Below, one piece after another: positions 52,954 through 64,000 of a stretch of DNA of 64,000 nucleotides (positions are counted from its first letter, which is position 1; the number at the start of each line of letters is the position of its first letter). The position numbers and the translations under genes are program-made. The DNA is taken from assembly GCA_964016885.1 (NCBI GenBank), contig OZ024740.1:6634001-6698000 (forward strand), read 5' to 3'. The DNA is from Eledone cirrhosa (taxonomy: Eukaryota). The notes beneath the pieces are model-generated. The model saw only the letters and a program-made list of their open reading frames with translations. It did no database searches and was not told the origin of the DNA.

Positions 52954-55900
52954 TAACTGGAAAGTTTGTTGAAATGAATATCAAGCCACTACCTGCAGCC
53001 TCAGATATTCAGGACGTATCGGAGGGTTCTTGCTGTTCCCAGCAAGCATGCCTTTTGAAGCGTTCCAAAAAGCGTGGCGGGGCCAATTTTCTTTAACCAT
53101 CCCTGGAAACTTTTTGAGATAGTACCTAGTGCGCCTATGACAATCGGGACCACTTTGACTTCATGGCAGTTCCAAATCCTTTTTACCTCCCACTTTAAGT
53201 CCTGGTATGGGTTAATTTCTCCCTCTCCTTCTCTTGCACTCTCGTGTCGAATGGGCAAGCCACATCCACAATCAGGCACGATCTTTTTTCCCTGTCCAAA
53301 ACCACCAGGTCAGGTCTATTGTGTTCCAGTTTCTTGTCCGTCTGTATCCTAAAATCCCACAGCACCTTCACCTGATCGTTTTCTATCACCGACTCTGGCT
53401 TATGCTCATACCACTTCTCAGAATGTGGTAAATTGTTTACTTTGCATAGGTGCCAGTGGATCACCCTGCCCATCACATCATGTCTCCAGCCCTTATAGTG
53501 AGTCTGGGCTAGGTGTTTACACTCGGATACAATGTGAGCCACAGTCTCCTCTCTTTCTCCACAGATCATGCACAGTGGGCTAGCCTCCTCCTTGTAAATA
53601 TGGTGTTTCAACCACATCGTTTTGAGGGCCTGCTCTTGCGCAGCCATTAGCATTCCTTCTGTAGACTTTTTAAGGTCTCCTCTTTTCAACCAGTTCCATG
53701 TCTGTGGATCTCTGAATTCAGTTTTCTCAAAGAAGGTACTATGAAGGGATTTTTCATGAAGGCTGCTCTTTCTCCTTGTTGTTATTTCCTCCTTGGATAT
53801 CCCCTGGTCTATTGTCCTCTCCTTCAGTACAATTCTGAGCATTGGCTCCTTACTATCAGTCACGTATTTGTGTAGGTTGTTTTTCTCCATCTGAACACAG
53901 TCTTCTATGCTGCTAAGACTTCTTCCACCTTCAGATCTCCTTAAGTAGAGTCTATCGACATCACTCCTCTTGTGGAACATGTTGTAGATAGTCAGTAGCT
54001 TCCTAGTCTTCCTATCCATTTCTTTTTGTTCAGCAACATTCCATCTCAGAATTCCCGCACTGTACCTAATAATAGACACAGCTCGGGAATTTACTGCACT
54101 TATGGCATTCCTACTGTTCAGATGTGACTTTAATACGCTCCTTACTCTCCGAATGTATTCAGTTCTTATCAATTCCTTCATTTTTTTTGTTCTTGATGTC
54201 ATCAGCCTCCAGAACACCCAAATACTTGTATCCTTCTTCAGTGTCAATTTCCTTTATCATCTCACCTGTTGGTACCTGGATTCCGTTACTTCTGCTCAAT
54301 TTACCCCTCTTCATCACAAGGACTCCACACTTACTAATAGCAAATTGCATACATATATCATTGCTGAAAATACGGACAGTGTCAACAAGCACATCCAACT
54401 TCTTCTCACTCTTTCCGAAGAGCTTAAGATCGTCCATGAAGAGGAGGTGATTGATGGTAAGCTCTCCCTTTTCCAACTTGTATCCTGCTCTCACTTTTCG
54501 CAGTATAATGGTCAGGGGCATCAGGGCGAGGACAAACAACAGAGGGGACAGACTCTCTCCCTGGAAGATACCTCTCTTGATCTTCCCGCCTCCCAAGGAT
54601 TCTCCAGCTGATGATAACTCTGTTTTCCAGGACTTCATACTTTTGCCCAACAACTGTCTGATGTTATCTGCCACCTTGAAGGTCTCTAGGCTTTTGGTGA
54701 TCCAAGAATGAGGCACCATGTCAAATGCCTTTTTGTAGTCTATCCATCCCATGGCAAGACCAGTGTGTCTCCTCTTGCAATTCCTTATTACCATCTTATC
54801 AATATGCAACTGGTCCTTTGTACCACGGGACTTCTTTCGGCATCCTTTCTGTTCGTCCGGTAACAAGTTGTTTGTGTGGAGGTGATAGTAGATTTCCTCA
54901 GACATAATGCTTGTCAACAGTTTCCACATTACGGACAGACATGTGATAGGTCTATAGTTAGTAACATCATTACCCTTGATTCGGTCTTTCATTACCAGAA
55001 CTGTGGTACCTTTTGTCAACCCTGGTACCTCACCTGACATCAAGCAGTCATTGAATATGGTTGTCAGTTTCGGGTGGAGGGATGTTATATTTTTAATCCA
55101 ATACCCCTGCACACCATCTGGGCCTGGTGATTTCCAGTTGGTTAGTTTTTTGGCCTGCCCCTTAAAAGTTTCAACTGTGATACTCAAATCAGTTTGTTGG
55201 TGTGCCCGTTCACTAATCTCCTTTTGTACTGTCTCAATCCACACTGCCTGGTCATTATGTTTAACATCCTGCTCCCATATTCCTCTCCAGAATGTCTTAG
55301 TTTGTTCCGCCTCAAGGATCAAGTCGTTGCCTCTTTCTTTCCCTTCAAGCTGTCCAAACAACATCTTCTGGTTGTTGTCAAACATGCGGTTCTGTCTATA
55401 CTGACTGACTCTGCTCTCGTATCGCCTAATGTTTGCACTCTTTGCTACAATGCGTTGCTTCAGTTCCTCTATGATAATATTTAGCTTTTTCCTCCTAGTT
55501 TTGTACTTTATTTCCAATCTATTTTTAGTGTCTGTTTTGTAGTGTCCCATTCAGCAGGGGCTCAAGCTTTCCAATGTCATTTCTCATTTCCTTGATTTGA
55601 CCATTCAGTCATTTCTTTCACCAAGGTTCTGATCTTTCTTGTTTGTTGTTTCCTCTTGTTTTTATGCCAAGTAATTTCCTCACCGCATTTGCTGTTGCTT
55701 TGAGAATATTGTTGCATTGGTGAAGGTTCCTCGCCTCTAGGTATGGGATCACCCTGTTTACCTTAGCTGTTGTTTCTTTGAACTTTTTCCTGTCTACAAA
55801 TCTTAGGTTCATAGGTTTCCCACTATCATTGTTCATTTCATCTACCACTAAGTTTAGGATATCAACCAAATTTTGTCCTAGCCCGTCAGCATTCATCTCC

Positions 55901-56540
55901 TCAATGGCCGTATCTTTGTCCCAGGTATTATTTATTTCAGCATTCAGATCATTGTCTGCTTCGGATGATTCCTCCGTTCTCTCAACCTCTTCACCTTAAT
56001 TTCCCACTGGCTCGTTTGCCTGGCATACTCCACTCTCCATTTCCAACCTAATCTCTCTGCTCAGTTCCTCCAGTTCCAACTCCCTTATCCATCCATTAGT
56101 TCTTATTACCCGAGCCTGCCCGGCCAATTTTTGTTCATCTAATTTAAATAGACCAATCTCGTTCCAGATGTTATGCATCCGTTTCCTATAGCCTTTCTCC
56201 TTGGGGTTACTCTTCAGGTAACATTGCATAACAGTTCTATTCAATTCTTTCGTCCAGTTGGTTCTGGTCCCTTTCCTTCTTCTTCTTCCTCCAACACCAG
56301 CAGTATTTGGTTGACAGCCAGGTCACTGCTGCTGAGCCAGGGAGCACCTGCTGGGTGAGAGTCTGTCACATGACATTCCAGTCTCCACTTCACCGTTATT
56401 CGAACTGTTTAGGTTCGACATTTAAACACTCTTATCGAGGATTGGTGAATGTATGGTTACATAACCACCGGTGATATCATCACCTCCGGTGATGTCATCA
56501 CCCCCAGTGATTTTAGTGTGGCACTATCACGCTGTAGACG
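52954..56540 (-). mobile_element. Dong/R4-clade non-LTR retrotransposon (RT plus restriction-like endonuclease), decayed; 5' boundary approximate
   Basis: N-terminal GYRKRMHNIW. RT motifs YRPITCL, DYKKAFD, GIFQGESLSP and LFMDD. CCHC CMICGEREETVAHIVSEC. RLE motifs RHD, RPDLVV..IVDV and VVPIVIGALG. Confidence 0.88.
53001..56300 (-). pseudogene. R4/Dong polyprotein in at least five disrupted segments
   Basis: ORF pieces 55996-56244, 55618-55896, 54159-55550, 53195-54247 and 53001-~53200 are collinear. Confidence 0.88.
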
Positions 56541-56599
56541 GACATAAATAAACAAACAAACAAATAGGTAACCCTCAGCACCCCCCCCCCCCAAAAAAA

Positions 56600-57400
56600 A
56601 AGATACTCGTGGAGATCAGGGTGACCCACGTTCCACCGGTCATCGAAATTCCTGGCTAATGGCTGCCGTCCTCGCCGGCATCGAGGCCAAAACCAAGATA
56701 ATCGAAATAGCGAAAGAAATGCAGGAGAACTGGTCCGGATCTGAAGTGGAGCTCCTGATCCAAGCGGACCAAAAAAGCATTGAGGAGATCCCAGAGGTAA
56801 TAGACCTCACTGACGGCAGCCACCTCACCGTAATCGTCGAGGGCAGAAGGCCTAGGTGTGTCGTTTGTGGTGAAGGAACGCACCTAAGAGCTTTCTGCCC
56901 TCAGGCTAAAAGGTTGAGCCCACCTTTCTTACCCACCCCAGTGACTCAACCATCAACACCACCAACAGCAGAAATGGCAGCAACAACTGTAGCAGCAACA
57001 ACAGAAGCAACTGGAACAGCAACAACTCCAGCAACAGTAGCAAAACCAACACCACCACCACCCAACGCGCCAGAACTAGCACCAGCGCCTACACCATCCA
57101 CCACGCCACAACCAAAACAAACGCCTGTGGAGGATTTTCCACTCCCCGACCTATCACAACTGGAGACAGATTGCGACGACGAGGAGTGGGAAACGGTATC
57201 AGGCAAAAAGAAAAAAGAAAAAAAGAAAAAGAAACCAAAAAAGAAAAAAATTCTCTTCCTTCCCCCTCCAAAAACAAAATACAGAGGGAAACAAATAATC
57301 TATCAAACAAAAAAGTTAGGACAGATATGCCACCATCCACACCAGCATCACCAACCCCATCACCACAAACACCAACACCATCACCATCACCATCATTAAC
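56600..57400 (+). pseudogene. LINE ORF1 remnant (CCHC knuckle with Pro/Thr-rich tail)
   Basis: EGRRPRCVVCGEGTHLRAFCP, then W.TV..KKKK. Confidence 0.8.
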
Positions 57401-57828
57401 CCCAACACCACCATCACCAATACCACAAAAGTCACCAAAAAGCAAAACAGAAACAAACCCACAACAAACGCAAACAAAACAAAACAACCAAAACGATATA
57501 CACTACACAGCATTAAATTTGAACAACAACCAATTATTACACTACATCCAACACAAAACCAGCATCACAGAAAAAGACTACACAACAACCCAAAAGTTCA
57601 CACAACCTCCACACATACAAATCACTCGCATCACACAGAAAACGTAGACGACACTAAAACAAAAATTCCCCAAAGACATCGGAGACTTCCGACAAGCACT
57701 CTCCAGGAGGATTTATAAGGACATCCTTCCGGAGGAGGCCAGAAGCAGTGAAAAGGATGGAGAAACCATCCTACCTCTACGAGAAGTAAGGTAAGTGGTC
57801 TTTCCCATCTTTTCCACTCCATTTCAAT

Positions 57829-60800
57829 ATGACCTCACTCAGAATAGGCAGCATAAATGCGCGTGGCTTGGGGTTGTCATGGAAGCAGGGCCACCTGCTC
57901 AACGACCTCAGGTCACTAAACATAGATGTAGTGGCCATCAGCGAGACCAGAATCTCCGAAGCACGGGCCTTCGCACCGATCTTCGGCGACTACGATGTGT
58001 ACGCATCTCCCAGCCGTCCTGGATCGGGGGGAGGAGTTGTTGTGCTTTTTAGGAGAGGTTTGGATCTCGCCATACGGGCCATCTTCCTGTACCCAGAAGG
58101 TAAGTTGGTAGTGGTGCTGGACGTGACCAGCGGAGACGGGCAAGCTTTCAGGCTAGTGGCTGTCTATGCCCCGACAGGAGCAGGGAGGCCTGATTTCTTC
58201 CGGCGTCTGGAGACCTTTCTTGGAACGTCCCGCTCTTTAGTGCTAGTGGGCGACTGGAACGGGATCTTAGATGCACGCTGGGACTGTGTGGGATTAGCGG
58301 ATAGGGGAGGAGGGTGCAAGAGCCTCACCAACCTGCTCAGGCGTTTTGAACTGTCTGACAGGTACCGATTGGATTTCCCGAATGTGCCAATGTGGACTTG
58401 GACAAATCGCATAGGGTCATCCAGATCATATCTAGATAGAGTATTTTGTAGGGAAATAGATAGGTCTAGCATAGGCTGTCCACAATTCAAGATAGTCAGC
58501 TACAAGGACCACAAATTCGTGATCTGTGTGCTTGACTTAGATAGGCTTCATAGACGAGGACCCGGCTACTGGAAGCTAAACGCATCCTTACCAGCGCGCA
58601 AGGCCTACAGAGACCGGATTAGCGAACTAGTTAAGCGGGCGTTGACGGGGGCTATCGTCAACAACAAGTGGTGGTTTGCTCTGAAAAGAGCGATTAGAAT
58701 AGAGTCCATTAGGTTTAGTAAGGCTTTAGCAATAGAGAAAAATAGAGCAGAGGGAGAACTAGTTAGAAAATTAGACGAGGCACTTAGCAAAGGCATCGCG
58801 ACCGACGTACTTGCGGCGAAATTGGCCCTTGACCAATTCTTCAATGCAAAGCACGAAGGCTGCGTTGTCAGAGCTAGGGTGCGTGCTCTCAGACACGAGG
58901 GGACGAAAGCCGTTCAGTGAGCCCGAGTGGCGGAGGCGCGTCGTGGCAACAAATCCACGATCCGGTCTTTGGTGGACCACGACGGGCGTATGCTACTCGA
59001 TCCCGGGCAAATGTGGGAAGCTTTTCAGTGACACTTCGCTCAGCTGTTCGGGGGCAGCGGCGGGCCGGATCGAGGGATGGACTTTAGTGTCTACCTCGAT
59101 GGACTGCCGCGGCTCTCGGCCACTGAGGCGGACTGTTGCGAAAAGCCGATAACAGCCGCTGAAGTACGGGAAGCAATGACTGGCTGCACAAGGGGTAAAT
59201 CGCCTAGTTTGGATGGTCTGCCCTATGAACTTTACGTACAGATGCCAGACTTGTTCGGATGCCTCTTGGCGTACGTCTACTGCAACTGGCAACAGAACGG
59301 GAGAATATCCAGCTCTGTGAGCCGGGGAGCTGTGGCGCTGCTGAGAAAGGATCCGAACAAGGGGTATAATATAGATAATTTTAGGCCCATAACTCTGCTA
59401 AACACAGAGTTCAAGATTTTGGCCAAAGTGCTAGCAAAGAGGTTGGCGCTTCTCGTTGGTGGTCTGGTGGGAGAGGTGCAGACATGCGCCATTCCCGACA
59501 GATCCATACACGACAACTTCCACCTCATGCGATACATCGTAGAGAGGGTACCTAGGGAACCTGGCACGGGTGGGTCCTTGATCAATTTAGATCAGTCGAA
59601 AGCTTTCGATAGGGTCGACCATCGTTACCTAGCGGCAGTCCTGAGGGCGGCTGGCTTTGGGCCCGTCTTCAGAGGCTGGATCTCTGCTATGCACAGCGAC
59701 ATATGCTCTGTGGTGAGAGTGAACGGTCACCTTTCGGAACCGTTCAACATCATGCGCTCGGTCCGCCAAGGATGTCCGCTCTCGTCTCTCTTGTACGTAT
59801 TGTGTCTCGAGACATTACTGCACAAACTGGAGACGTTGAGGGGGGTCCCGCGCGAACTAGGATGCGGAAGATCCGTGTCAGCATATGCGGACGATGTCAC
59901 CGTAGTGGTGTCGAACGCCAAACACATCAAGGCGATCGGCACTACACTAAGAGAATACGAAGCGGTGACAGGAGCAATGATCAACCAGGAAAGGTCAGTG
60001 GGCCTGCAGCTCGGCACCTGGAGAGGCAGGTCCATGCCGTCGTCGGGCGCTGGACGGACGGACCGGTTACATTGCTCGGGGTCTGGTTCGGTCAAATGGG
60101 CGGAGAGGAAGCTATCCCTGAAAGGTCGAGCGGAGGTGGCTAACGCGTATATCGCGTCCGTCATCTACTACCTCCTGACCGTCGTACCTTGTCCTAAGCC
60201 CCGCCTGACTGCGCTGGAGCGTTTGCTCTTTCGCTTTTTGTGGAAGGGACGCGGTCCGATGGTCAGGCGGTCCATCTGCTGTCAACATCCGCTACGTGGA
60301 GGGCTGGGAATGCCGTGGCTGATGATGCGCAGACACGCGGTCAGGCTACGACATCTCCACCTCTTCCTCGACGGTGATCAGGTGTGGTCGCCGTTTGCTA
60401 GACGCGTCTTTCCCCAGCTCGTCTCCTTGACGGAGCTGCAGTCCTGGGTCAAGCGAAGACCGAGAGGGAGCGCTTAGAGACTGGAATGTCTTCAGGCGCT
60501 CACAGCCCTCGACCAATCGGGCAATGTGATCGGTGGAAACTCCACCTTGGCGTTCTATAGTGGGTTAGTGGAGGGGAAGAGCGACGACGTACTTGGGGAA
60601 ACTCTAGGCGTCGACGAAAATCAACTAGCCAATCTCTTCGGAAGAACTTTCGGGCCGAGGCCTATGGACAACTTCCAGAAATCCCTGGCCTGGCAGTGCT
60701 ACCGAGGAGCTTTGCCAGTTCGGGATAAACTCTACAGGCATGGAGGTGCCATCAGCCGGGCATGTCCAAGATGCGCGCAGGGCGACGAAACCGTCCTGCA

Positions 60801-61179
60801 CGCACTCGTCCAGTGTCCGAGCATTGCTGACTTGTGGTTTTATGTCGAACACTTGCTGTCGCGTGTAGGACGGATCCAGCTATCAGCTGAGTCCATCGTG
60901 AGGAATGCCCCGCCCTCTTCCTTTAGCTGGGAAGGGCAGGCAGTTTTTATCTGTCTGGTGGCCATGGCGAAAGATATAGTATGGTGGACACGTTTGAAAG
61001 GGCTGAAGACGAGCACTTACCTCTTCGGTGATGCCCTGATTAACTTTTTCAAATTTCGTTTGAAAAGGAAAATCAGGGTAGAAAGGGAAGTGCTCTCTTC
61101 CCAGCATTTTGTTGAAAGATGGGTCAGAGAGGCAAGAATGACCCTAGTGAATGGACCTACTCTGAGTATGTGTCTGTAA
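57829..61179 (+). pseudogene. LINE ORF2 (APE endonuclease plus RT), with premature stops and deletions
   Basis: APE motifs SINARGL, ISETR, VYAP, GDWN, SYLDR and GPGYWKLN. RT motifs FRPITLLN, DQSKAFDRV, VRQGCPLS and YADD. C-terminal CPRC..ETVLHALVQC. Confidence 0.93.
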
Positions 61180-62371
61180 ATTAAAGGTGGAAAACTGGGA
61201 GAGGGCACTTGCCCTGGTGGTCAGGGTCACTGTGGCTTTTTAATGGGCTTACTCCACGAATGTCCCTCGGAAGTCTCCCCCCTATTGGGGAATTTTTTTT
61301 CATTGTTCTATTATTACATCCTCCGTTTCGTGTTTTTTTTACACGCAGAAATGCCCTTTTGTACCGTCCTGTATTGTCCTGTACTGTCCTTAATGTCTAC
61401 TTTATGTAAGCCCTTGTGGTTAATAAAGAAAGCATTATTATTATTATCATCATTATTATTATTACGTTTTGATATTACTTTCTGTTCAAAAGAATGACCA
61501 CCAAATCACTACCAGTGACCTCAAGAACAACAACTTCCACCATATTTGAAAAGGGGGTAAATATATATATATATCCCTCATTTCCATCCCGATAAACATA
61601 TGTATATATATACCTTATTTTTCTCGCATATTTTTTCCCATATAGATATATTTTGTATATAAATATCTTTTGTTTTGAGTAATGTGATAGAAGAAGATAT
61701 TAACTAATTGTTTGTTTAATTATTATATTCTATACTTTAAATTTATCTTCCGTTCTACTGTACGGTAATATGGATAACATACCTGTAATATCCAGTATTG
61801 ATCCCCTTTTCACAATTTCTAACTATAATTTACACATCTTCCTATTTATTATATATTTTTTACTTCAATCAGGATTTTAACTTTTAATTTCTAATTTCAC
61901 ATCTTATTACCAATTTTAATTTCCATTGTGAAACAATCTAGACCCTAGAATAAATTTATATTATCCTCACGGGTAATGGTCAATTCTATTGTCCAAGCAT
62001 AAATTAGGGGTAGTATCGAAGCCTATTGAAACTTATACTCCACCACTACCATAAAGTTTCGGTCGGTTACCACTGGACATAGGACTAGCATTAAACTACA
62101 ACTTAGTGGCTGACATGAATCCTGTCACTGTGTCACTTTACCTGCCTGGATGGGGGAGATTGATTGGTTTGGGACTTGCCTGGGCTAGTTCCATTTGTTT
62201 TGGGTAGTAGTTAGATGGTCAACTTCCTTCACATTTGCACCTGTGCAAAGCTGTGGAGGTGTATTGGTGCTCACCAGGGCACGGGTGAAGGCTTCAACAA
62301 CATCACATTTGACCGTTGCCTTGTCGTTTTAATTTGGATTGCCTCGGGAACGTAACCTTATTATGTAAGAA

Positions 62372-62446
62372 GCTGTCTGATGAGATCACGGCACTTGGTA
62401 CACGGAATCGTGTGGCCACTGTCGTCATTGAAATATGTATCACAGC
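62372..62446 (+). ncRNA. Well-formed type I hammerhead ribozyme with canonical core
   Basis: GCTGT-CTGATGA-GATCACGGCA...TGTCGTCATT-GAAA-TATGTA-TC-ACAGC. AUC triplet, with AATAAA just downstream. Confidence 0.8.
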
Positions 62447-62629
62447 CTTATCAATAAAGGACTTTAACATCTTAAACTACTTCTCATTTTCTTATTCATA
62501 TATCTTTTGATATTTACCATTGTCAGATGAACTTATATTGACCAATGTTCTTTAGTATATGGCCAGTTCCCATTACTACTATCTTTTGTATTTCTTCTAC
62601 ACGTGGCTTTCCTGGAACTGCATTGTACA

Positions 62630-62978
62630 ACAAGCTAAGTGGCATAGAGTTAAGGCTCTTTACATTCTGAGTTTAAATCCCGACAGAGTTAGCTTTGCTT
62701 TCATCTTTACGGGGCCGATAAAATAAAGTACCAGTAACATATTGAGGGAGATAATTTGACTTTTCCCTCCCCAAAAATGTTGGCCTCGTGCCAACATAAG
62801 GGCAAGGGACTGGCCGTAATCGGTAGAGCGTTGCCCAACATTCTTTGTGGCATTGAGTTACGACCCTTTATATTCTGAGTTCAAATCCCGCCGAGGTTAA
62901 CGTTGCCTTTCATCCTTACGGGGTCGATAAAATAAAGTACCAGTAATGTACTGAGTATTTGCTGGCCTTGTGCCCAAA
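62630..62978 (+). mobile_element. Two tandem SINE copies
   Basis: Family body occurs twice. The second copy has A box TGGCCGTAATCGG and B box GAGTTCAAATCC. Confidence 0.88.
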
Positions 62979-63235
62979 ATTTCTAATGAAATAAAAGCCA
63001 TTTCTTGAGAGACAAATTAAATTTTTATATTTATTTCTTTTTCATTGAATTATTTGGATTTGTTTTTTTTTTACTTTTAAATTATTAAAAAAAAATTAAC
63101 TCATTAATTTTCTAATCCATGTGAACTGTTTAATGAGAGTTGCTAATTTAAAGAATTAATGAGATGCAAAAAAAGAGAAAGTTAAATAACAAAAGAAAAT
63201 AACAAAGTACAAGGTTAGATAAAAAGTCATCACAA

Positions 63236-63995
63236 CGATGATGATGGTGGTGGTGGTGGTGGTGGTAGTGGTAGTGGTAGTGGTAACGGTGGTGGTGGTA
63301 GTGGTAGTGGTGGTGGTGGTGGTAGTGGTGGTAGTGGTGGTGGTGGTGGTGGTGGTGGTGGTGGTGGTGGTGGTAGTGGTGGTGGTGGTGGTGGTGGTGG
63401 TGGTAGTGGTGGTGGTGATGGTGGTGGTGGTGGTGGTAGTGGTAGTGGTGGTGGTAGTGGTAGTGGTGGTAGTGGTGGTGGTGGTGGTGGTAGTGGTGGT
63501 GGTGGTGGTGGTGGTGGTAGTGGTGGTGGTGGTTGTAGTGGTAGTGGTAGTGGTAGTGGTGGTGGTGGTAGTGGTAGTGGTAGTGGTAACGGTGGTGGTG
63601 GTAGTGGTAGTGGTGGTGGTAGTGGTAGTGGTGGTAGTGGTGGTGGTGGTGGTGGTGGTGGTGGTGGTGGTGGTGGTGGTGGTGGTAGTGGTGGTGGTGG
63701 TGGTGGTGGTGGTGGTAGTGGTGGTGGTAGTTGTAGTGGTAGTGGTGGTGGTAGTGGTGGTGGTGGTAGTGGTAGTGGTGGTGGTGGTGGTGGTGGTGGT
63801 AGTGGTGGTGGTGGTGGTGGTAGTGGTGGTGGTGGTTGTAGTGGTAGTGGTGGTGGTGGTGGTGGTAGTGGTGGTGGTGGTACTGGTAGTTATGGTACTG
63901 GTGGTGGTGGTAGTGGTGGTGGTAGTGGTGGTAGTGGTGGTAGTGGTGGTGGTGGTGATGGTAGTGGTGGTGGTGGTGGTAGTGGTAGTTGTGGT
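63236..63995. repeat. (GGT/AGT)n microsatellite
   Basis: Direct inspection. Confidence 0.97.
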
Positions 63996-64000
63996 CCTGG

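Larger units (their letters stand above)
56560..61440 (+). mobile_element. Tx1/L1-clade LINE, 5'-truncated and decayed
   Basis: ORF1 zinc knuckle, ORF2 APE-RT-Cys domain, and a 3' UTR with AATAAA followed by (TTA)n. Confidence 0.92.

Noticed and set aside
62030-62510. Possible host exon in a GC-richer patch
   Set aside because: The minus-strand frame I translated has stops, the short plus-strand ORF has no motif, and a repeat terminus with a hammerhead explains the patch better.

Overview
Eukaryotic repeat-only DNA with no recognisable host gene, no CRISPR array and no intact transposon ORF. The SINE families and (TA)n/(CAT)n context suggest an octopus or other cephalopod, which is an inference. 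1-23.6 kb is a 44/45-bp satellite with multi-kb higher-order structure, and its monomer is nearly identical to the tRNA-like A-box head of a SINE found later in the window. Next come a 4.8-kb (CAA/CAC)n tract, a decayed Helitron RepHel and a 32-bp minisatellite. 34-43.5 kb is a cluster of Penelope-like (Naiad-type) retroelement pieces inserted in (TA)n, including a large nested inverted structure. I read several hammerhead ribozyme motifs by eye, here and at 62.4 kb, including a UUGAUAA (U3-A8) core variant in two copies. 43.6-49.2 kb is a Buster-type hAT with a second hAT, a MITE and SINEs nested inside. The remainder holds a tandem SINE array, a Dong/R4-like RLE LINE, a Tx1/L1-like LINE and a terminal (GGT/AGT)n tract. 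All calls were made by eye, without alignment or folding software.
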